This document shows positions 15,539-21,767 of a stretch of 21,767 bases of DNA, piece after piece. Origin of the DNA: Myxococcota bacterium (GTDB taxonomy: Bacteria; Myxococcota_A; Polyangia; Polyangiales; Sandaracinaceae); the NCBI GenBank assembly GCA_036149055.1, contig JAYZQJ010000121.1, positions 1 through 21,767 on the forward strand, in the 5' to 3' direction. A program made the translations under genes and the position numbers. Every line of letters begins with the position of its first letter. Within the stretch, counting starts at the first letter, position 1. The notes beneath the pieces are model-generated. The model saw only the letters and a program-made list of their open reading frames with translations, did not search any database and was not told the origin of the DNA.

Positions 15539-17293
15539 GTGACCTCGCGACCGCCGACGCCGAGCCGGCTCGCCGCGCCCGTGGCGCAGGCGATCCTGGA
15601 GGCCTTTCAGGAGAACCGGGCCGGCTTCCTCGAGGTCACCCGCCGGGCCCGGGAGAGCTTCGAGGCGCGGGACTGGGCGCGGCTCCGGCAGGACTCCAAG
15701 CGCCGACTCGGCCTCTACCGGCAGTACGTCGACAAGGCCGAGATGCGGGTCCGGGTGCTGCTCGGCGAGCGGGTGCGCGATCGCCTGGTCTGGGTCAGCG
15801 CCAAGGCGGTCTACTCGGCCCTGATCGCGCTCCGGCAGGACTGGGACGTCGCCGAGACCTTCTTCAACGGGGTCACCCGCCGCATCTTCGACACCGTCGG
15901 CGTCGACCCGCTGATCGAGTTCGTCGCCAGCGACTTCGACGCGCCGCCCTCGGAGCCCGAGCACCGGGTCTACCGCCGCTACGCCGGCTCGGACGTGAGC
16001 GACCTCGTGTGCCGGGCGATCGCGTCGAACGTCTTCGCGCTCCCCTTCGTCGACCTCGAGGCCGACGCGGCGCTCGTGGAGGAGCGCGCGCTCGCGAAGC
16101 TCGCCGAGATCGACCGCGGGCAGCCGGTCGCCTACGAGGTGCTCGAGGCGCCGTTCTTCCACGGCAAGGGCGCCTACCTGGTGGGCCGGCTCGTGCTGCC
16201 CGCCGGCGCCGTCGTGCCGCTCGTGCTCGCGCTCCGGAACGGGCCGGAGGGGATCTTCGTCGACGCGGCGCTGATGGAGTCGGACGACGTCTCCATCCTC
16301 TTCTCGTTCACCCGCTCGTACTTCCACGTCGAGGCCGAGCGGCCCTACGACGTGATGCGCTTCCTGCGCTCGCTGATCCCGAAGAAGCGCATCGCCGAGA
16401 TCTACATCGCGATCGGGGAGCCCAAGCAGGGCAAGACCGAGCTCTATCGCGCGATCATGGATCACATCGAGGAGTCGACCGACCTCTTCGGCTTCGCCCC
16501 GGGCACGCCCGGCCTCGTGATGGTGGTGTTCACGATGCCGGGCATGGACGTCGTGCTGAAGGTGATCCGCGACGAGTTCCCGCCCGAGAAGCAGTCGACG
16601 TCGGCCGCGCACGTCCGCGATCGTTACAACTGGGTCTACGAGCACGACCGCGCCGGCCGGCTGGTCGACGCGCAGGAGTTCGAGTTCCTCGCCTTCCCGA
16701 AGGGGCGCTTCGAGCCGGCGCTGCTCGAGGAGCTGGTCTCGGAGTGCGGCAAGGCCGTCCGGATCGACGGCGACCGGGTGATCATCGACCGCTGCTACGT
16801 CTCCCGGCAGCTCGTCCCGCTCAACCTCTACATCCGGCAGGAGGAGCAGCCCGACGCGCAGGCGGCGCTCGCGGAGTGGGGCCACGCCATCCGCGACCTG
16901 GCCGCGTGCAACATCTTCCCCGGCGACCTGCTGCTCAAGAACTTTGGCGTCACCCGGCACGGGCGCGTCGCGCTCTACGACTACGACGAGCTGCAGCCCC
17001 TCACCGAGATGACCTTCCGGGATCTCCCGGACGCGCGGCACGAGGAGGACGAGATGCGGGCCGAGCCGTGGTACGCGGTCGGCGCCCACGACGTCTTCCC
17101 GGAGGAGTTCCCGCGCTTCCTCGCGGTCCCGCGCCGCCTCAAGGAGGGCATGCGCGACGACAACGCCGACATCTTCGACGCCGGCTGGTGGCGCAAGGTC
17201 CAGAAGCGCGTCGCCCGCGGCAAGATCGTCGAGCTCGTCCCCTACGACGAGGAGCGACGGCTCCGACCCGACCCGGCCGCGGACGATCCGTGA
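15539..17293 (+). CDS. aceK: Bifunctional isocitrate dehydrogenase kinase/phosphatase
   Basis: AETFFNGVTRRIF, SILFSFTRSYFHV, KQGKTELYR, APGTPGLVMVVF, HDRAGRLVDAQEF and NIFPGDLLLKNFGVTRHGRVALYDYDEL all match AceK motifs. Confidence 0.96.
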   Translation: MTSRPPTPSRLAAPVAQAILEAFQENRAGFLEVTRRARESFEARDWARLRQDSKRRLGLYRQYVDKAEMRVRVLLGERVRDRLVWVSAKAVYSALIALRQDWDVAETFFNGVTRRIFDTVGVDPLIEFVASDFDAPPSEPEHRVYRRYAGSDVSDLVCRAIASNVFALPFVDLEADAALVEERALAKLAEIDRGQPVAYEVLEAPFFHGKGAYLVGRLVLPAGAVVPLVLALRNGPEGIFVDAALMESDDVSILFSFTRSYFHVEAERPYDVMRFLRSLIPKKRIAEIYIAIGEPKQGKTELYRAIMDHIEESTDLFGFAPGTPGLVMVVFTMPGMDVVLKVIRDEFPPEKQSTSAAHVRDRYNWVYEHDRAGRLVDAQEFEFLAFPKGRFEPALLEELVSECGKAVRIDGDRVIIDRCYVSRQLVPLNLYIRQEEQPDAQAALAEWGHAIRDLAACNIFPGDLLLKNFGVTRHGRVALYDYDELQPLTEMTFRDLPDARHEEDEMRAEPWYAVGAHDVFPEEFPRFLAVPRRLKEGMRDDNADIFDAGWWRKVQKRVARGKIVELVPYDEERRLRPDPAADDP

Positions 17294-17656
17294 TCAGTGC
17301 GTCAGGTCGGTGGCGTCGACGGTCTCGACGCCTTCGACGTCCTCGGCGATCGCGATCGCGCGCTGGCGCTCCTCGGCGTCGCGCACCCGGCCGCTGAGCC
17401 AGACCGCGGTGCCGTCGACCCGGACCGCGATCGCGTCGGCGTCGAGGCCCTCGTCGCCGAGCTCCTCGCGGACCTCGTCCGCGATCTCCTCCTCGGTGGT
17501 CACGACGAAGGTCGGGCCCTCCTGGATGGGTCCGATGCCGTCGGCCGAGGCGTTGCCCGCGGTGGTGGAGACGTTGTCGTTGACCACCACCGGCTCGCCC
17601 TGAGCGCCGCAGGCGCCGAGCGCGAGGGCAGCGCAGATCATCATGAAGGTTCGCAT
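17294..17656 (-). CDS. Single BON-domain (OsmY-like) lipoprotein, 120 aa
   Basis: Lipobox LALGAC. The C-terminal EEIADEVREEL..IAVRVDGTAVWLSGRV..AIAIAEDVEGVETV is a BON pattern. Confidence 0.85.
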   Translation of the reverse strand: MRTFMMICAALALGACGAQGEPVVVNDNVSTTAGNASADGIGPIQEGPTFVVTTEEEIADEVREELGDEGLDADAIAVRVDGTAVWLSGRVRDAEERQRAIAIAEDVEGVETVDATDLTH

Positions 17657-17669
17657 GCCCCGCCCAGAT

Positions 17670-17684
17670 ACAAGGCGCGTGCCG
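17670..17684 (-). promoter_or_regulatory. Sigma-54-like -24/-12 motif upstream of the BON gene
   Basis: Minus strand CGGCACGCGCCTTGT is identical over 14 nt to the csbD motif, but has GT rather than GC at -12. Confidence 0.5.
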
Positions 17685-17839
17685 CCCCCGACCGCGGACG
17701 CGCGGTCTCGGTAGACCGAGGCGGATCGCCGCGGGCGCGCGGTCCCGCGCACGACAGGTGCACGGTGAGAAAAACGGCGACGCTTCGGCGATACCCGGTC
17801 AAGTCCGGGCCGGACCCACCGATCAGGGGAGGGGAAGCC

Positions 17840-19531
17840 ATGCACCAGACCCGCGTCCTGATCCTCGCCTGCTGTCTCTCGGCCTGCGGAGCGCCCCCGG
17901 CCGCGCCCGGACCGAGCGCGCGCTTCGACGGCGACGCCTGCATCGCCGCCCTCGACGACTGGGCGCTGTGGGGCGGGGTGCCCCCGGCGCTCCAGGACCC
18001 GGACGCGCCGCCGATCGACGACGCTTCGCGCGCCGAGGCGTACCACGAGGCCTGCTTCGGCGTGCCCACCGCCCAGCTCTCCGCCGGGTGCCGGGCGGAC
18101 GAGGCCCGCGCGTGCCTCCTCGTCGGCCTCTCGCTCACCGACGCGCTCTCGGGTGACCGGGACCGCGGAGAGGCGGCCTTCGGGCTAGCCTGCGCGGGCG
18201 GCGAGGCGCACGGCTGTCACCTCGAGGGCGTGGCCGCGCTGAGGCGCGGCGATCGCGCGCGCGCCGCCGAGAAGCTCTCGCGGGCCTGCGAGCAGGGCCT
18301 GGCCGCCGCCTGCGGCGAGTGGGGCGCGCTCGTCGGGCGGGGCGAGGCGGTCGCCGAGGCCTGCCAGGCCGGCCACCTGCCCTCCTGCGCTTCCGTCGAG
18401 TCCGCGGTCGCCGCGCGCCGGCTCTGCTACGCCGGCGTGGGCCAGGCGTGCCACCGGGCGGTCGAGGCCTGGCTCCGCGGGCGCGAGGAGCCGTTCGACG
18501 CCAGCGAGGCGGAGGCGATGGCGGCGCGCGCGTGCGACGCCGGCGACCACGATCTCTGCGCGGGCCATCGCGCCCCCGAGCTCCGGCGGCGCCGCGCACG
18601 GCGGATCTGGCGAGGGCGCTGCGCGGCCGGTGACGCCGACGGCTGCCTGGGCTCGCTCGAGCTGGCGGCGCGCGCGGGCCTCGAGGCGGAGGCCACCGCG
18701 GCGGTCGCCCGCTTCTGCGCGGTGGACGCGCCCCCCTCGGCCTGCGCCGCGGCCTGCGCTTCGCATGGCGGCCCGCTGGTGGAGCGCCTCACCGAGGCCT
18801 GCGTCGGGGGAGACGCCGGCGCCTGCGCGCGCGCGGCCACGATGGTGCGCTCCGGCTGCGGCGCGAGCGGGGGCCCGAGCTGCCTCCGCCGCTACGCGTT
18901 CGCCGCCTGCGCGGGCCCCGAGTGCGCGGAGCTCTCCGACGGAGGAGACGACGCCGCGGCCGAGTGCCCGCTGCCGCCCACCGTCGCGCTGCGGCTCCAC
19001 GACGCCGACGACCTCCGCGAGGTGGCCGCCGCGCTCGAGGGCGCGGTCGACGATCGATCGCTGCGCTCGCTCCGAGACCTGACCTCGGCCGCGCCGAACG
19101 TCTTCCCGGCCATCGATCGTTTCGGCCGCCGCATCGCCGTGCCCGAGCCCTGCGCCGAGTCGAGCGAGGGTGCCATCCGGGTGCTCCGCGCGGCCAACGG
19201 GGCCACGGTCGAAAGCCTCCCGATCTGGCACGCGCCGGCCCCCGGCCACGATCGCGCGGCCCACGTGCGCCGCGTCATCAAGCCGCTGTTCGACGCGCTG
19301 CCGCGGCGGCTCGAGGGCTTCCGGCCGATGCGACGCCTGACCGAGGGGGAGGGCTTTCGCCGCGAGGGGCGCGCCGCGGTCGTCTCGGTGCGCGGCGCCC
19401 GGCTCCGGCTCGATCTCCCGGCGGGCTGCGCTCGCGAGTCCTTGCGGGTCTGGCTGGACGAGGCGAGCGGTTCCGTCCTCGCCGAGCACCGCGCCTGCGG
19501 GCAGGTGGCCTACCGAACCGGTCGGCTCTGA
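17840..19531 (+). CDS. Cys-rich lipoprotein with Sel1-like/Hcp-type C-x7-C repeats, 563 aa
   Basis: Purine-rich SD, lipobox CLSAC and about nine C-x7-C units (e.g. CAGGEAHGC, CEQGLAAAC, CDAGDHDLC, CAAGDADGC, CVGGDAGAC). Confidence 0.75.
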   Translation: MHQTRVLILACCLSACGAPPAAPGPSARFDGDACIAALDDWALWGGVPPALQDPDAPPIDDASRAEAYHEACFGVPTAQLSAGCRADEARACLLVGLSLTDALSGDRDRGEAAFGLACAGGEAHGCHLEGVAALRRGDRARAAEKLSRACEQGLAAACGEWGALVGRGEAVAEACQAGHLPSCASVESAVAARRLCYAGVGQACHRAVEAWLRGREEPFDASEAEAMAARACDAGDHDLCAGHRAPELRRRRARRIWRGRCAAGDADGCLGSLELAARAGLEAEATAAVARFCAVDAPPSACAAACASHGGPLVERLTEACVGGDAGACARAATMVRSGCGASGGPSCLRRYAFAACAGPECAELSDGGDDAAAECPLPPTVALRLHDADDLREVAAALEGAVDDRSLRSLRDLTSAAPNVFPAIDRFGRRIAVPEPCAESSEGAIRVLRAANGATVESLPIWHAPAPGHDRAAHVRRVIKPLFDALPRRLEGFRPMRRLTEGEGFRREGRAAVVSVRGARLRLDLPAGCARESLRVWLDEASGSVLAEHRACGQVAYRTGRL

Positions 19532-19560
19532 CGCCCGCGATCGGGTAGAGTTCGGGCGCG

Positions 19561-20607
19561 GTGAAGGGGACGCCAAAAGACTCCGCCCGGGTGCTGGTCG
19601 TCGACGACGACGAGCGCGTGCGGACCGCGCTCGCGAGGCTGCTGCGCCGCATGGGGCACGAGGTCGAGGTCGCCGAGGGCGGCCTCCCGGCGCTCGAGCG
19701 GCTCGAGCGGGGCGGCATCGACCTGGTCCTGCTCGACGTGATCATGCCCGACCTCGACGGGCTGAACGTGCTCAAGCGGCTCTCCGGCGACGTGCGGGTC
19801 GTGATGGTGAGCGGCGCCGACGACACCAAGCTCGTCGCCGACTGCATCCAGGAGGGCGCCGACGACTTCCTGCCGAAGCCCTTCGACGCGACGGTGCTCT
19901 CGGCGCGGATCCAGTCCTCGCTCGCGAAGAAGCGGCTGCGCGATCTCGAGCGGCGGTACGTGCAGCACCTCGAGGAGGAGGAGCGGAAGAAGGAGCGGCT
20001 GATCTCCAGCATGCTCCCGCCGCCGATCGCGATGCGCCTGCAGGAGGGCGAGGAGAACATCGCGGAGCTCGTCGACGACGTCACCGTGATCTTCGCCGAC
20101 ATCGTCGGCTTCACGCAGCTCTCGCTCGACCTGGAGCCGGAGCCGCTGGTGAAGCTGCTCAACCGGATCTTCCGGAGCTTCGATCAGCTCTGCGCCCAGC
20201 ACGGGGTCGAGAAGATCAAGACCATCGGAGACGCCTACCTCGCGGTGGGCGGCCTGCCGGGCAGCGAGGGGGATCACACCGCGCAGGTCGCCGCGCTCGC
20301 GATCGAGATGCGGCGCGTCCTGCCCCTCGTCACCGGGCGCGATCTGTCGCTGCGGATCGGGATCCACGCCGGGCCGAGCGTCACCGGGGTGATCGGGTCG
20401 GACAAGCTCTCGTTCGATCTGTGGGGGCCGACGGTGAACCTCGCGAGCCGGCTCGAGACCCACGGGCTGCCGGGGCGCATCCAGGTGAGCTCGGTGGTGG
20501 CCCAGCGCCTCGCCGGCCGCTTCGCCCTCGAGCCGCGGGGCAGCGTGCACCTCAAGGGGATCGGCGAGGTCGACACCTGGCTCCTCGAGCCGCTTCAGGG
20601 CTCGTAG
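19561..20607 (+). CDS. Response regulator receiver - class III adenylate cyclase
   Basis: REC motifs: VVDDD, LLDVIMPDLDG, MVSG, FLPKPF. Cyclase motifs: IFADIVGFT, KIKTIGDAY, IGIHAGP, FDLWGPTVNLASRLE. The Lys/Asp specificity pair indicates ATP as substrate. Confidence 0.92.
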   Translation: MKGTPKDSARVLVVDDDERVRTALARLLRRMGHEVEVAEGGLPALERLERGGIDLVLLDVIMPDLDGLNVLKRLSGDVRVVMVSGADDTKLVADCIQEGADDFLPKPFDATVLSARIQSSLAKKRLRDLERRYVQHLEEEERKKERLISSMLPPPIAMRLQEGEENIAELVDDVTVIFADIVGFTQLSLDLEPEPLVKLLNRIFRSFDQLCAQHGVEKIKTIGDAYLAVGGLPGSEGDHTAQVAALAIEMRRVLPLVTGRDLSLRIGIHAGPSVTGVIGSDKLSFDLWGPTVNLASRLETHGLPGRIQVSSVVAQRLAGRFALEPRGSVHLKGIGEVDTWLLEPLQGS

Positions 20608-20984
20608 CCGTCGTCCGGCTTCTCCATGAAGAGGCAGACCCGGGGCGCGACGCTCAGGCACACGCTCGGCAGCGTCAGGCAAGGCTGCGGCCGCTGAAGA
20701 CGCCGCTTCCGCTCCTCGGCGTGACGGATCTCGGCTTGGTCGGGTACGGGTTCTGGTACGGGGTCGGGCGCGGTCGCGGCCTCGGGGGGCTCCTCGGGCG
20801 GCGGCTCGAGACCCTCGTCGATCGCGACCGGGTCCATCGGCGCCTCCGTGACCTCGTCCTTCACCGGCGGCGCGCGCTCCGGCGGCTCGCCCTCACACGC
20901 GGCGCCGGTGAGCCCGGACAGCGCGAGCGCGATCAGCTGCCTCCTGCGCCTCAGGATCGCGTCGCGGTCGGCCTCGTCCCCCAC
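20595..20984 (-). CDS. Small exported protein with an Arg-rich signal, Pro/Glu-rich linker and three PxxCL motifs, 129 aa
   Basis: DAILRRRRQLIALALSGLTGAAC at the N-terminus and PQPCL-PSVCL-PRVCL at the C-terminus. TAGAAT lies 6 nt before the GTG. Confidence 0.7.
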   Translation of the reverse strand: MGDEADRDAILRRRRQLIALALSGLTGAACEGEPPERAPPVKDEVTEAPMDPVAIDEGLEPPPEEPPEAATAPDPVPEPVPDQAEIRHAEERKRRLQRPQPCLTLPSVCLSVAPRVCLFMEKPDDGYEP

Positions 20985-20993
20985 CGCGCCATT

Positions 20994-21479
20994 CTATTCG
21001 AGGCGCGCGAGGAAGCGATGGTCGCCCAGCCGCAGCAGCGCGCCCCGGGGGCGGACGCGGGACGCGAAGGCGAGCCGCACCGTGGCTCCCGCGCGGGTGC
21101 GCTCGACGCGGCGGTCGATCGAGAAGTGCTGCTGACCTCGCGCGTCCACCACGTCGACGCCGCCGAGCACCTCCTCGGGGGTGTGACGCGCGCTCTCGAC
21201 CTCCACCATGACCACGCACGTCACGTGGTCGGGGGCCTCCGGCCAGAGGCGCGCGACGTCCCGGGGCGCGCAGGCGAGCTCCGTCACGCGCGCGGCCCCG
21301 CGAGGCAGCTCCACCCGGCTCCCGGCGCGCGGGGCGTCGGCCTCGGCCACCGCGGCGCGCAGCCGGTCGTCGAAGCCCGCCTCGGCCCGCTCCACGCGGC
21401 GGCGGTCGTCGTTCAGCTCGCGCCAGCCGCGCCACGCCGCGGCCTGCACGAGGTGTCCACGCGCCGCCGCCGCCGCCGC
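20994..21479 (-). CDS. Hypothetical protein, 5'-truncated by the fold-back artefact
   Basis: An open frame with plausible codon usage ends at TAG 20994. Upstream of ~21480 the sequence degenerates into G/C homopolymers, so the true start is not visible. Confidence 0.5.
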   Translation of the reverse strand, partial: AAAAAARGHLVQAAAWRGWRELNDDRRRVERAEAGFDDRLRAAVAEADAPRAGSRVELPRGAARVTELACAPRDVARLWPEAPDHVTCVVMVEVESARHTPEEVLGGVDVVDARGQQHFSIDRRVERTRAGATVRLAFASRVRPRGALLRLGDHRFLARLE

Positions 21480-21767
21480 GCGGGGGGGGGGGGCCGGGCC
21501 CCCCCCGCCCGCGGGGCGCGCGCCCCCCCCCCCGGCCGGGCCGTGCCCCCCCGCCCCCCCCGCGAGGCGGCGGCGGCGGCGCGTGGACACCCCGTGCAGG
21601 CCGCGGCGTGGCGCGGCTGGCGCGAGCTGAACGACGACCGCCGCCGCGTGGTGCGGGCCGAGGCGGGATTCGACGACCGGCTGCGCGCCGCGGTGGCCGA
21701 GGCCGACGCCCCGCGCGCCGGGAGCCGGGTGGAGCTGCCTCGCGGGGCCGCGCGCGTGACGGAGCTC
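21276..21767. repeat. Terminal inverted repeat (fold-back): arms 21276-21489 and 21554-21767
   Basis: The reverse complement of the last 214 nt matches 21276-21489 with 4 mismatches by manual comparison. The 64-nt spacer is almost entirely G/C runs. Confidence 0.92.

Noticed and set aside
17297..18046. Extensions of the BON ORF (to 18046) and Cys-rich ORF (from 17297)
   Set aside because: They overlap each other in antisense. Lipoprotein signals place the starts at 17656 and 17840.
21276..21767. Transposon terminal inverted repeats or hairpin telomere
   Set aside because: No transposase or protelomerase is present, the arms are ordinary coding sequence, and the spacer is homopolymeric.

Overview
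Very GC-rich, densely coding bacterial DNA. The gene content (TIGR02266/PilZ-like protein, Cys-rich lipoproteins, REC-cyclase) suggests Myxococcota, by inference. It holds about 18 genes: PilZ-like protein, RNB exoribonuclease, CsbD, YdjM-like hydrolase, purple-acid-phosphatase-type lipoprotein, a Pro-rich small ORF, PaaI thioesterase, DUF2807 lipoprotein, a three-gene minus-strand operon (long flotillin/SPFH protein, 1661-aa AAA+ ATPase, SUKH/SMI1-like domain protein), cupin, aceK, BON lipoprotein, Sel1/Hcp-like Cys-rich lipoprotein, REC-adenylate cyclase, a small secreted protein with three PxxCL motifs, and a truncated hypothetical gene. The most notable items are the flotillin-ATPase-SUKH operon and three near-identical sigma-54-type -24/-12 motifs upstream of the PilZ-like, csbD and BON genes. 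Many genes also look leaderless. The 3' end is a ~214-bp fold-back inverted repeat that is probably an assembly artefact. No rRNA, tRNA, CRISPR or mobile element was seen.
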